63,403 bases of DNA, filler included, from Sphacelaria rigidula (GCA_964200075.2; 11 parts of 11 records of this genome joined end to end with filler, not necessarily neighbours in it); one strand, 5' to 3'. Counted from the first letter of the whole stretch, positions 37,395 to 51,093 are shown. The notes: generated by a model not told the origin, from the letters alone. Numbers and translations are program-made.

Positions 37395-38229
37395 CATATC
37401 ATTGATGGTGTTGAGCGCTTCGGTGTAATCCCTCCTGCGGTCCACCTTACAGAAAGCTCTCCACTGCGTGAGCAGCTCCGTCTTTTCAGGCTCCATCAGC
37501 TCCCGAACGTACAGGTCATCGCCCCTGCCCCCACCCAAGCGCCTAAACGGAACAAATCAAACCAAAACGACAGATGACACATATTCGATTTTGTCTCCAT
37601 AGACTTCAACACCGAACGACCAGCGAAGAACATTTCACGAACAGCTTAGCCGTTACAAGTACCTACTACAATACAGATGCCTCTGCAGTGTACAGTAAGG
37701 TGCTGCGATGAGAACAGCAAATTGCCATCTTAGAGTGGAGTACACTGATTGTCCGTCACGAAACTCACTTCTTCGTAGGAGGCTTCACAGGAGGAGCCGC
37801 CGTGGACATCCAAAGTCGAGTTGAACGGCGACATCTCGCACTGCTGCCTTGGCTGGCGCTCGAAAACACACTGGCAGGTGCCGCCGCTACGGACAGACTG
37901 GGCGCCCAAGCATCAATTGTCCCTGCGTGCTCTGCCAGGTTACTGCTGGTGTAGATCTGACGACCTCTACTGTCGCCCAGTCGTTGTTGTCGTGACGGCG
38001 AAGTAGTACTTACGAACGCAGTGGATGACGACGAGGCAGCGCTGTTGATCCTTGAGATGCGGAGTACACGAGGGGTATTGTGGGTGATGGTCGGAGAGTG
38101 GTGAAAAGACATCGCGATCTGGCAGAAGGCCAGTACGACAAGTAGGGCTGTGGTGTTCGAAATCCACCAACGGGGAGGGCGCGCATTAACGCGAGCGGGG
38201 GGAGTAGCAACCCGCATTACCAACCTCAT
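37395..38229 (-). CDS. Probable plastid-targeted protein, first two exons (38229-37769, 37542-37395)
   Basis: Hydrophobic signal peptide LLVVLAFCQIAMS-F followed by an S/T/R-rich transit-like region. Phase-2 intron AA|gtgagt...tttag|G gives PTKK|RLGGGRGDDLYVRELMEPEKTELLTQWRAFCKVDRRRDYTEALNTINDM|gtgagc. Confidence 0.72.
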
Positions 38230-38859
38230 GTTTTCTGGACGACTGAGGCTTCAATTTGAACCCCGCCTTTGCTACAGTCAGTTCAGAGGACAGCGCAACA
38301 GCATCATGTGGTAGTATGACATTTTGTAAGTTGTGTAGATGGTGTGGTTCCAGGATTAGATAGACTGAAAACGCCTCGCACACTCGCGCAGGTCGTGTCA
38401 TTGCTCGACATCATTTGTAGCAACGGGCTCTGAGGGTTACTTGGTCATGGATGTGTTGCGTTGCCCTCAAATAGCACGATGGGGGAAGCTGGTGGAACCC
38501 CTAGAAAGATCATGAACTACACTATTCATTGCATTTCGGATCATTACTCTCTATTTCAGGGGCGATTGCGTCAACCGGCTGAGCGCCGCTGCTCGAAAGA
38601 ACCGCGAGGTATACAGTACCACAGACGACGGGCCGACGACGGCCTCAGGTACCCAAGCGGTTGGCCCGTTGACCGCTAAGGTGTATTCATCTGCGCAATT
38701 GCCATTATATCGGGTCGAGCGAGAGTGTCAGACTCAGAGGTCCACCTGAGGACGCTCAAAGGGCCAAGATCTACTCCCAGCACCGGTGGCGTGTAAGGGG
38801 AAGAGGAGTGAGTCCTGCCTGCATCCTTGGCAGCCTGCTACAAAATTATCCGCTGTTAG

Positions 38860-39560
38860 AGAACTCACAGGTGAGAATACTCCTTGGTGCACCAATCCTC
38901 GGGCGTCGACGAGTCCTCGTGATTCTTGGATGTTCTGTCCTGCTGTCTTCTATCTGACCTGTACTCTCGTACTGCCCGCTCATGCTGTGCACTTCTCGAT
39001 GATGATGTTTGGTGCACCGAAGGTGACAGGCACCCTGACATCCCGCGGGCCATGATATGTATCAACGTTTTTTCTGTTCGCGTTGGAAATCGCATCAATC
39101 AAAAGTTTTTGTGAAGATCGCGTCGATATTTTTTTTTATCTTGAGAGGTACTTCCAGATACTCAGGACTCAGCGAAAAATCAAAGTTGGAAACGCCGGCT
39201 GCCGAGGGTAATGGTAACGTCATTTACCCACGGTATCGTCTGCACTGTACTGCACTGAACTGCACTTGATCTCTTTGACAACCAGCTCCGTTCGCCTTGG
39301 AGCAGTATTATTATCGCCGACTGACGGCCCATGTGGGGCGGGAAGTCTTTTTTGAGGGGGAACGGGTTCCTACTCGCAGATCGTCGGAGAAGCTACCAAA
39401 ATCGAGCATAAGTATTTTCAGGATATTTCAAGCTTGGACCACAGGCCTGAGGGGAGTGGGATCTTGCAAGGTCGTGCTTGGGCTGAGTAATGCCGCGATA
39501 GCACCCCCCAGACTATGCAGCCCCAACGAAAGCGTCACGATTGAATTGGCCATACAACCC
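38860..39560 (-). pseudogene. Probable class-3 lipase remnant
   Basis: LHSLGGAIAALL (GxSxG nucleophile elbow, first Gly altered) at ~39520-39485, then VPVTFGAPNI at ~39030-39005 and GLVHQG at ~38895, in lipase_3 order. Stop codons present. Confidence 0.45.
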
Positions 39561-39930
39561 ATGATAGCTGGTTTCACAGTGCATAGCGCGCTTCATGTGG
39601 GCTACATTGGCGAAAACGATTGTTCGGTCCGAGGCCTACTGGTTATCTTGAATTTGGATTACAGCCCACGATGAGTTGCTTTATTGTCTGGTATCGCCAC
39701 TTCCAGAGACAGCCACGGGTTTTACACTACCTCATGGGTGTCTCACCGGGGGGGGGCTATCGGGGCATCACGCGGCCGTGTCTTATCGAGGCAAGAAAAA
39801 CTGTTTGCTCTGAAATGGTTGACTTTTTTTTCCTTGCGATTGGTCAGTGCATAACAACCTCTTTGCGCTACAGTAGAAGTCGGTATCATATCAAGAATTT
39901 GATACGCCATACTATGTAGTTTATTCATGC

Positions 39931-39931
<1 letters not shown>

Positions 39932-39987
<56 letters not shown>
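39932..39987. repeat. (CAT)n microsatellite
   Basis: Direct reading. Confidence 0.97.
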
Positions 39988-40411
39988 TTGTGCACGTTAA
40001 CCCGATCTCCCGAACCCGTGATCACAGGCGTAGGCTCGCCTTTCCGGTGCCGCCACTCCTATTTCTTCTGTGAGATAGATTGCTCATAGTTTCTCCTGAG
40101 ACTCCGAAAACAGCGCAACATAATATTGCACTCTAAAACAATATACAACATTTTCGTGAGATTGAGAACGGATATATTTTCGGAACGGGAGGTTTTGCAG
40201 AATTTGCACCAAGACGGTCGAACCTCACGAAACGGCCGTCAGTACCCCCCCCCCCACCTTCTTTGCGACCCTTGTTCAGCATGATAGATAATTGCAGGTA
40301 TTGGTGTCACTNNNNNNNNNNNNNNNNNNNNNNNNNNNNNNNNNNNNNNNNNNNNTTAATTAATTAANNNNNNNNNNNNNNNNNNNNNNNNNNNNNNNNN
40401 NNNNNNNNNNN

Positions 40412-43400
40412 TTTTAGGCTTGAACCTCATCTCAAAGTTAAACCTCAATTCTCACAATTTGTTGGTATTAGCGATTTCGTAAGTGATCGCCCGTGGTTGA
40501 CAGGGATCACCGTCGAAGGGGGATCCAGATTGTGCGGGGCTGGAGTCGTCGATTGAAGAAGTAGTGCCGTCAGAAATATCTGTTTGATTTGTTTCCGTGA
40601 TACTTGAAAGAGCCGTCGAGCTCGAAGTCGTCGCATTTTGGAGAGATTGAGGCCGAAGGTTTCAGCTCGAAAGAGGTGTACGTGATGGTGCTCGCGCGTC
40701 CTTGGGGGCATGCTTACGGGGCTTTCTCTTTCGCCGTGACAAAGGTCGGGGAACTTCCATAAAATTTTGGGATGAAAGCACATCTGCGTCCAGTCGGGTG
40801 GATGGGGTCAGCATCGGGGCATGGCGGAGCGAAACTTGTGGGATGCTTTCCGTATGAAAGCTTGGCTGAGGGGTCATAGCCGAAGGTATTCTGGGGCGGT
40901 TGTTATTTGAACGGGCCGAAGGTAGTTCCGTGCGTGTTAAAAATCGCGGGGAAGGAGCTCGATCCAATTGATTGGGAATCACATGATCCGATGTGATCAA
41001 GTTTAAATCAGCAACACTTGGGTCAGCTGAAAAACGCTTGCTACTACGTCTGCGTGCGGTCGCTGAGGTAAGCCTTTGCCTCAGGGACTGGCGGTTGGTC
41101 CTCCCACACCGCAGACTTATACTCGGCACTGAAGGACCAAGTTCAGGGCCGGGTGTAGGTCTGAGTCGCGGGGTGACACAACTGTTACGCGGTGTGTGGA
41201 GGGGTGAAGACGGGAGTCGATATGAACAGCCGTCAGTTGCACTCCTGCATAGTGCCGGGGGAACCGGGTGAACAAGCTTAGTCGCGGGCTCTGCGGGCTG
41301 TGTTGGAAAGTGTGTGGAGGTTTGAGACGGGGATCGATTTGAACAGCCGCCAGTTGCGCTCCTGGATAATCTCGGGGGAGTCGGGTGAGCAATCTCAGTC
41401 ACGGACTCCGCGGACTGTGTTGAAAAAATCTTCGCTGGTGTTGTCGGCGGCGCGGAAGACTTTAGAACGCCGGCGTCGGCACGTCATGGATCTAAGCGAT
41501 CCATAGTGGAGGTACCAGGCTTTCTGGTGTTGGGATTCGAGTTTTGTGTCAGTCCCGTCCGTTGGTGTCTATCAGCGGACCGTTAGTTTTCACCAGCATT
41601 TTGATCGTTCTGGCGAGGGCTTGCATTATTGTTGTTTTGTCGGCGACCGCGATCAGAGTTTTTGTTGCCACGTGGACTCGAATTCTCACGATAATTTTGA
41701 CTTGGTGGGTGATAGTCGCGCATGCGGTTTTGCCATCGGCGCCACGCGGGTTCATTGTCCTGCAATTCAGGATTCATGAGATCAAAGGCATTGATGCATG
41801 GACTCTCGCAGTCGCGCATACTGTGATCTTGAACACTACAGTTGATGCAACGGTTGGCATGACTGCTGAAGGCATTGCGTCTAGCAGGAGAAGATGGAAG
41901 TGGATTCCACAAATTAGGATAACCTGTAATGAATGCCGTTGTTGAAGTCAAATGAACATCATCCCAAGTTTCTCCGGAGAACGGCCGACCATCAAAACCG
42001 CACTGAATGCATAGCTTCTACTCTGAACATGAATCACTGAACCAGTGACCGATTCGGGGGTCCATGAAGTGCGAGATGAACTCAAGTTCCTGCCGCGAGA
42101 TCCTTGGGTATGAGCAGAGGACACAACCGTAGGTTGTGAATGCGGAGGCGTAGAAGGCTTGCCACGTATGGCAGGCGTTAGATTACCCTCTTGGTGTACA
42201 AAAGCAGACCACGTAGCATCAACGGAGGCGTAAGCCACCTCGCGATGCGCCAAGACATCCGGAACAAACGACGGCATCAGAACCAGATACTGCTGAGCAA
42301 CGCTATTGCGAACGTAAGTTTGGCACATTGCGTCGCTCGGCCCGTTTTGGCGTCCGGCACCCGTAGTACTGGAGACTAAAAGCTTATTTTTGCGAAGGTA
42401 ATCCGTGAAGGAGACATTCGATGCGACAGCAAAAGAACTCAGCCTCTGGATAGCACTTGCGTGGTCACTTTTGTCAAAATAACTCATCAGGCGCCTTTCC
42501 AGACCAGAGAGCAAAACCGGGCTTATCTTCCCCTTGGCTCGATCCGGATCTATTTCGGTCAGGAAGCCGTCGGGGATCTGTGTTAAAGAAGCAGCGATGT
42601 CGGGGAAGCGGCGGCTGATGGATCGATGCAATGCTTTATGCAATGGGATCTGCCAGCCGTCTACCTAATTGGGCTCTCCAAAGCGTTGGGCGCTAGTTTC
42701 ATCCGCCAAGTGAAGGATATTACAAACTGCACGGCGAATGGGTGTGATGAGGGCAGAAGTAAAGTGTCCCAAACGTTCGTTATCCGCAGCAGGCATGTTT
42801 TCGATATGCCAAAGCTTCTTCACGTCCATCTGAATATACTGTCTCTGTATTGCAGCTACTCGGGCAGACTCGACTTTATCGGAAGCTGCTCTTTTACTAG
42901 CTTCGGGACGTTCTTGTCGGTCGCAACGGTTGCTAAAGCGCGGGGTGTAGTAGAAGAAAATGGACGGTTGGGTGTGTCCGAATCAGATAAACCCAAAATT
43001 TGACCTGAAACATCGGCCGACTTAGGTATCACTTGCCTGGGTGTCGCCGAACCCGAGGGGGAAAAGGTCTGTGCTAGACTGGTTCCAGCCTGTCGCGGAA
43101 GATCCAGAGGAATTGCCTCCTGTTTTCTTCCGGTTCAGGCCGCGGTTATTGTGGACCGCGTGGTTTGATCCTGGGACGCCCGAGGAGAATCCTCCGCCGC
43201 CATGGCGGCGGCGTGGGCCTCCTCCATCGTTGTCGTCGTCATCCCGCCGGGTGTTCTTCTTCTTTTCCTTGCAGTTGGCACTCGTGGGAGTACAACCATC
43301 GCCATCCTGGTCATCGTCGGCGATGGTGGCGTCGGGGTCAGAGTTGTGAGCGGCCCGTAGCGCCGCAAAACGATCTGTGACAGTTTTCACGTGGTGAGGA

Positions 43401-46058
43401 TGATCAGAGCCGGCGCCAATGGTCATATGAGGTACAAGTTGACCCAGGGTGAGGGACGGCATACCGTCGTCGGGGAAGAATCCGCCCTGGTCCACGTAAA
43501 GGCCAACAACGCGAAGTAGACGTTGGGACATCAAGTTTCAAGCCTGACGCGAGCAGTGTAAGTGGTTTGACTCGTAAAACGGGCTGGTAAAGTCGGCCAC
43601 GGAACGAGTAAGCCACAGTTGTTCGTGGTGAGTGAGTTGCAGGCCTGGTGTTGGGCCGGCATTGGCAGCCGAGGTAGCTGCTCGAAGCGGGGGTGTTAGG
43701 GCCGTCTTGGGGACGGCGGTGGCGGCAGCATAAGACGGTTGGCCGGTCTTGGGCTGGACCGTGTGGGCCGAAGGCCGTTGAGGAGGGCGACCACTGAGCA
43801 GGTTGCCGGCGGACGGCGGAGAGACCTGACGGTTGGTCAGGCGGGCCACCGATATAGCCGCGTCGTGAGCGGTTCGTCCGACATGGTGCTCCAGGTCCCG
43901 CACCCGTTTCTGGGCCGCCATGGCAGCCGTACGACCTTCCTGAAGGGCGCGTCGCGCAGCCATGTTCGTCGTTTGGGCATGTGAAGCCTGTCGCTGAAGG
44001 TTCCGTTGCCTGTCAGCATGTTCCTTCGCGAGGAGGCGTGCAGCGGCGGCGTCAGCCGCGCGTTGTTGATCCAGGATATCCCTTGCAAGCTCTGGCACTC
44101 CCGAGGCGTAATCTTCAATCAGCGCCAACTGTTCCGCGCGGGAACGGTTCCTAAAGAGCCTCAAGAGGAGACCAGTCGGACAGTGCGAGCGGAGGGAGAG
44201 CTTCCACAGATGAAGTCGGGGGCACGGGGACATCCATGACGGGATCAGTTGTGGGCCCACTATCAGCGCCAGTGTCCACGGCAGAAAGGGCTGCAACTGT
44301 GGTGGGAGCCGTGGCAGTAGCAGCCGTGACGGCAGGCGCGGCGGCCGTGGCAGCAGCGGCGGAAGCGGTAGTGATGGCGGCAGTAGCGGCCTGCAGGTAC
44401 TCCTTTGTTGTCCATATTTGTCTTGGCGAGTCTTCGCTTGAAATCTGCGCGTTGGTTTTGCAGAGAACGAATGATCGCAGCATCAGAACGGGACGGGGGT
44501 TCGCGGTCAGTGCTGGGTCGTCGGTTGTGCGATGAATGTCAGCTGCATCCCTCTATTGAGGATTCATGAGCTGATAACATGTCTGAAAATACATTCTGAA
44601 TGTCGGCAGCATGTACGGTATTATCATTGCGTAAATGGCGGCCGCGTGACCGATGTGAAGCGGGAGGGGTGCGCGCGGTTGCATGATCGGCATTCTTGGA
44701 GCGTAATTGGGCGCGCGATGAGTTCGATCTGTGCCGCGGACTATCCTCGTGAGTACGATCACAGTTGGTATTCATCGGGCGCGTGGGGGCGCGCGATGAA
44801 TTAGAGGTGTGCCGTGAACTACCTTCGTATGTGCGGCCATAAGCGACATTCTTCGGGCGTGTGAGAACGCGCGAGGAAATATAGCTATGCCTGGAGTTGT
44901 CCTTGGGACTGCCACCACGGGTGACGTGGTCATGACCAACGGTTTGTGTGCAGCGCCGTTCAGAAGCGTGAGCAAGACTTTCGTGTGAAGTGGAGGAGAG
45001 GCCAGACTCGTGTTCGTTGAAAATCTCATGAGAGATGAACGGAGAAGACGGTGTCGCCGATCGGTGTGCCAAACGTGCGGATTTGGGCCCGGTAGGTGCA
45101 GAGTCACCATTGAATTGCACGGGAGCGAAGGCTGATTGGTCTTGGAACGCGGCGTGGCGAAAAGCCGTAAATGCCTCGACTAGAGCTGGGACTGGCGTGT
45201 CCGCTGACGCCAAAGAAGGGCGAGGTAGATTCAGCAGAGCAGAATGCATGGCCGCGACTGCTGGTTCGACACTGGATTGCGAAGCAGAGCGAATTGGACA
45301 GCCGAGAGTTGTGCAATTGGGATCCGTAACGGAAGCAACCAGCGTGACCATATTTCTTGCTCCAGAAGCGATACGCTTCGTCGGGACTGAGTCGTCTCGA
45401 GGTTTGTCAACCGTCGTTCGACGGGATTGCATGGTTGAAGCAACCGTTGCAGGGCCATGCTGGACACGTGTATCCAGGGACAACGACTCAGTTTGGGGCA
45501 CATTGCTGTCTTCGGATTCCATATCGGGATCCGGAAGAACAGGCCGCAGCGAAGGGGGTGCTACGGAATCCACCGTTATGAGTTCGCTGAAATGCCTGTC
45601 AGGAGCCAATGACTCAACCGGTGGCACAGTCCTGTCCTCTGAGTCCGAATCGGTGCTGGAGAGAACAGGTCGCGGTGTCATAGTCTCTTCTTCAAGTCCC
45701 GAAGGATGAGCAGCGCTCGAAAGTTGGTCTTCAAATCCCAAAGATCGTGCAGCGCTCGCGAACGTTCGTCGAGTAGTCGAAGGTGACGCGCTACTGATAT
45801 CAAAAGATTTGATATCGCCAGTAGTTTGGCTCCGTGTCCGGCGAAGCGGTCGGTCTCGCAATTGAGGGGAAGAGTCGGCGGTATTTTTGTGCCACATGGA
45901 GCTAGTTGTACGCAAGTGGTGTACTTAGAAAAGTAGGGGCAGTGAGTCATCCTACGATAGGGGGGAGGAATATTTTGGGCCATTTGTTGCTCGAAATTTC
46001 GCGTCAGATCGTCGTTGAAAGCAGCAACGGCTGTTCGAACAAGCTTCTTGTGGATCAA
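40412..46058 (-). mobile_element. Retroelement-like region: very long, fragmented gag-like ORF1 with a CCHC zinc knuckle
   Basis: Chain of intronless minus-strand ORFs (45915-44539, 44296-43538, 43534-43022, 42643-41948, 41951-41583, 41402-40662). RCINCSVQDHSMRDC is C-x2-C-x4-H-x4-C. No pol motifs seen before the segment ends, so the superfamily is unresolved. Confidence 0.55.
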
Positions 46059-47298
46059 TAACGCTCATGAATACTGCCTGACACNNNNNNNNNNNNNNNN
46101 NNNNNNNNNNNNNNNNNNNNNNNNNNNNTTAATTAATTAANNNNNNNNNNNNNNNNNNNNNNNNNNNNNNNNNNNNNNNNNNNNCCACGGCCCAATTCGT
46201 TTCCGGTGATGAGATATTGCTCTGCCAGGTTGAATCCGTTCCTGGGCTAGCCCAGCTCGAATTTAATTAATATTAATTAGCGTGTGAAGCTCCCATCTCG
46301 CGTCAACCTTCCCAAAACCGATCCGGATAACCCAAGGTGAATAGAAAGAAGTGCGGCTATAGTGGAGTGTTCACTTGGCGTTGACTTCAATTTGAAGACC
46401 CTTCCACAATCAGCCGGAGGACTAAACCATGAAACATCTTGTTTCCCTACTGTCTCACAGCGAAAGCCTTCAAGCCCTCTCAGGTGTCGAAGCTTTTCCT
46501 GTCCGTTCTGCTGCGGTACATTCACGAATCACGAACACTGTTTGGGATTGCATGAGCAGTGATCCTGTTGTTGTGTTCGTCCCTACCGAAACGAATCTTA
46601 GTCGCACGCAGTGCTGTCTGCACTTCAGTTGAAAACTTCGTGGGTATGTGGACTCTTTCATTTTCGGTGAGACGAACAACGTTCTGTCGCGCTAGTGCCG
46701 TGCGTTGGGCACCTGTACTGTAGTGTAGTTGCGACAGTCAGTACAGTCTGCGGAAAGGATTAATTTGACATCACCTTTAATTTAATCGTACTGGTGAAGA
46801 TACCCTCATTTTGTTTTATTGTCTCCCGTGATCCCACTTTCGTTCGAGCGCTATCGCAGATTCACAGTTATCTCACCGTAACCGTAACATGATGGCTAAA
46901 GAAAACACAATGTTGCTCCTAGAAGCTACATCGCGCGGCTATCACCGTGCGCACCGCAGCTGTTTGGTGGGGTGGATTTGACAACCGGTGCAGCGGCATA
47001 AAGATCCAAGCATCCTCATTTGGGACCTGTCTAAACAATCCATACCGCTGGATCCGGCTCTTGCTCGAAGTAGCACTCGTGTCACTCAAAGCATGAAGCG
47101 AGGTGCGGCATCTTGGTTTTCCCGCTAAAACCAGACAGGAAGGTATAACAGCAGCATCGGCTTGGTGTGTAGCGCACACATCGGCGCTCATTACTCCCAA
47201 TCAACAGCTCACATCAGCAGTTGCTTGCTGTGAATACCCCCCTGATTGTTTCGGTTCTTCGCCCCATCGCTGCCACTAAAATCTGATGACGTTCGAGG

Positions 47299-47718
47299 TA
47301 ACACCGACCCGCTGGGCCAGTGTCGCGCATTAGCGGACAGCAATTCGATGATGCGTAGTTCATTTAACCGGTGCAGCGTTCACGTACAACAACACAATTT
47401 TCGCTAATGAGTGTAGCCAACGCCACGTTGCTCCTGCCAGCTGTATCACGCGTCAAAAACCGTGCGCGCGGCTGTGTTGCATTTAAAGGAAACAACGAGC
47501 GGTGCCAATAATCTCTGGCAACATTCGATCTAACACCGACCCAATGTGCCAGTGTCGCGCATTAGCGGACGGTAATTATGTGGGGCATAGTGCATTTAAC
47601 CGGGGCGGCGTTCACGTGTAACAATACAGTGTGCAACATGATGGGTGCATACAGCGCTACATTGCTCCTGCCAGCTGTATCACGCGTCAAAAATCGTGCG
47701 TGCAGCTGTTGCATTTAA
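47299..47718. repeat. Tandem duplication, ~232-bp period
   Basis: taacaccgaccc...gccagtgtcgcgcattagcggac...ttgctcctgccagctgtatcacgcgtcaaaaa..gtgcg at ~47299 and ~47531. Confidence 0.88.
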
Positions 47719-48599
47719 CGGATACAACGTGTAGAGACTCATGCCTTCGGACATCAACTCCGCGCTTCCTGCTCAATCAAGAATAGCTGAAGATTCTGAC
47801 TCTGAAGTATAAGAGCATCGAATGGAACTGCGTAGGCGGCACGGCGTTTTACTTTACTCAAATGGCATCGCGCACAGAACTAGCGCATAGCCACCTCCGA
47901 AGTCACGCTGTGAGCGATATTGCTACGCTAACGTTGTGGACACGCATCTTCAAGCGGTGCAAGCACCCCGGGATGAACCTTAGTCTTGAGGTTCATCTCG
48001 TTGCCTCAGCTCATGTATCAATTCATATTTCGGTTGAGTCTCAGTCGACATACAATATCCCGAGACCATACTGTTGTTTATATGGATATGGGCCCACTGA
48101 TTTGCGTCATTGGCGGGTATTTACAATCTCCGCTCATTACAGCAGTACGCACGAGGAACGTAAACTCCCGCCTGAGCATCTTTTTCGCGAGTGCAAATTT
48201 TTGTGGCTTCCGGTTCAGGCTATTATTCCTCTTGCTCTATTGTGCGTTGTTCGGTCTATGATCCTGGGATGATAATCTCCTTAATTGATGTTATGGCATG
48301 TGGAGTTCTGCACGCGTTTTATGATAGAAGCATAGCTCTTGCCCGCTGTTGCTTGAGGCAACGAACTACACTTCACTCATTCCGTACGTACGCGGCAGAA
48401 TTGAAATCTTCGCCTGAGCAGCATTGTATCTCGCAGTTATTTTTGCGGGGTACGTGTCATGGTCAAGAGTACATTGATTATATTTAATGATTCGACTGCT
48501 TGCGTCTCTTCACCTTACCCAAGCGCGGTGGGAACCATTATAGTGGTCTCCGTAGCTTGATTACCTTTGTGTCGTCGAAAGCGTGAGCACGAGCGCGTC

Positions 48600-50400
48600 G
48601 CTCCCAGCGCGCATCACCTAGCGCGCATTATGATGGCTGATTATTTGCTTTGCCACGTGATGCCCTTGCTAACTTATGGCGGGGTAGTGAAAACGCACAT
48701 ATTTTGCTCCCTTTATTACCATGAAAATTGAATATCTCAGTGAACATCTTCCTGAACATTTTACCTCTCCTGGCTTGAGCCGCACCGCAGATGATATGAT
48801 CGAACACAATACTCCCGGTGAGAAGCGCCATGATACAAACGAACGGTAGTCTCCAGTTGTTGTCAGCATTTGCTTAACTCTACAGTGCAGGTTGATCACT
48901 GAACTAGGCAAATAGAAAAACTGCGATCAACGAGTACGAAACTTCACTATTTCGGGTGGGACCTTTCATTCTACTCATTATTTGACTGCCATCCACTTGT
49001 GCACGAGTTCGTTCATATTCATTTACAACAGGTCGATCCTTTCACATCTGTTCATAAAGTACTCAGGCTCCAAACCGCCTCACAGTTATTCTTGTAACAA
49101 TCGTAAGCTCACAGCACGTGGGGAGACAGTCCAACGCAGTACAGTACACGTCGATCGTCAGGATATCTTTGCTCACAGCTTCAGGTGGTTCGATTTTCTT
49201 TCGTTCTTTGGTGGTGTTGATAGCCAGAGCCTTCTCCAGAAGTTCCGAACACCAGGGTATCATAGCATTGCACCGATTCTTAGAAAGAATAGGATTCAAC
49301 CAGATGTAAGAGGCATATTTTTATGTACTCCGTATCTTGACGGATTGGTCAACATCCTCACCCCTGACCGCGGGTACTAGCCAGTTCCCGCAATCAGCCC
49401 TCCAGGCGCGTATCTTCGTTCCGAATCAACAGGCCATCATTGTACTGTCCCCCTTTCCGTAACACTCATGGGTCAGTATACTAATCCCTTCTCCCGGAAA
49501 ACTCCGTCCGGCTGGGAGAGAACAGCCTTCCACAGGTCAAGGTATCTCGCCTCCTCTCCTGAAAAACTTCACGTCCAGCCGAGAGAGAAACCTCCGCAAT
49601 GCATACCACATGCCTCCTCCGATTTTGTCAGTCCCTTCTGTTCAGATATTGATTACTGCAGACAAGCCCTCCTCTAGTATTGGAGTCTTTATTGTGACAG
49701 CCTACTCTCTACTGTGCAAAGCTTGACTACTATGACAGTCGACTGCTGCTAGCATCCCTCTATAGTCCCTTACTGATCACCCATCAATAACGTAGTACAT
49801 TATCTTGGAAAGCCCTCCTGTCTGTTCTGCAATACACTGGTGAGCTGTTATTTTATCCAGCTTCCCAATTTTCCACATGCCTGCGGCGGCCCCCAAGTTT
49901 CCTTCATATGTATGTTACCCCAAACTGGCTTGAACACACCCCGCCTTGTACTCCTACACCATCAACACCTAAAACATATCCACCTCTCAGGGAAGACTCA
50001 CGTTGGGGAGCCCTGCCCCCTGATGTCCCCTCGATATCTCCCGAGCTCGCACCATGTGGGCCTTGACTGCCTCCCCCATGGCCACGGAGGTCAGCTGCGT
50101 GCAGTCTCCCCGTGTTGTGCGGTTGACCTGTTGCTGCGGTCCTCACCCCTCGTGGACCGCTGCTTTCGATGACGTCTCCGCCCCTGACGCCCCCGGCTTC
50201 ACCCCCCCAGTTGCTGCTGAGCTGCATATTGTCCAGCCGCTGTGTCATCTTCTCCAGCAGACGACTGAACGTCACTATCGTGTTCTCCACTTGAGCAATG
50301 CGACCTACGGCTATAGAGGACTCCGTTCCTCTCTCCGAACCGTAGTCGAAACTGCTGCTGTTTGGCGTCCCCACGTGTAACCATGTCTTCGTGCGTTGAG
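48600..50400 (-). mobile_element. Possible degenerate LTR-retrotransposon 5' region (PBS-like site plus gag-like ORF)
   Basis: Minus strand ...GAAGACA|TGGTTACACG (CA followed by TGG at 50383) directly precedes ORF 50374-49904, which has a coiled-coil (IAQVENTIVTFSRLLEKMTQRLDNM). Downstream frames are broken. Confidence 0.35.
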
Positions 50401-51093
50401 CCGTCCCGGTAGGAAAAAATACTAGTATTTTGGTTGGCTCGGTTGCCCGTGAAGAGTTGTTGAGATAGTTTATGAAAGCAGGTCAGCCAGTCTGATTGCG
50501 GTGGTGGGATGAAGTGAGACAATGTGCGAGCCACACACCTCATGTCACCCAGTCAAGACTTCACATATGTACCAACACGCCTAAATGCGGTGTAACACCC
50601 TCCACGTGTACCCAATCAGATCACCACATGTCAAGTCAGTCACTATATATCGTAGATCCTTGTCATAGAAATCCCCAAAGATACTCAATTGCTCCAACAG
50701 CGTCCACCTTTGCACTCTTATGCCAACTGGTCACGTCATCATCCAGATTTTCAACCCAGCTTTCGCAACGTTTCTACATTAAAGCCCTTGCGTCGACGCT
50801 TCATCACTGCTCCTGCGTTCAAACAGAGCAGTTTCCCTTGGGCAACGAAGCAGCACATACAGCAGATACTAAAGATTGCTTAGCCAATCCTGGAATGAGA
50901 GCCTGAGATATGGGAAGACCTCAATAAAAGGGTGATGTACAAAGAAGCAGTTAGTTGTTGGCGAATATTCGGTCGTCGCTACTACGGCTATCGGAGCTGC
51001 CTAGAACAAAAACCCACCCCCAACTTGAAATCGTAGTAAGCATGGTGGAGGGTGGTAAAAGCACCGTTCTCTTGAACTTTCTCGCGCACCAGG

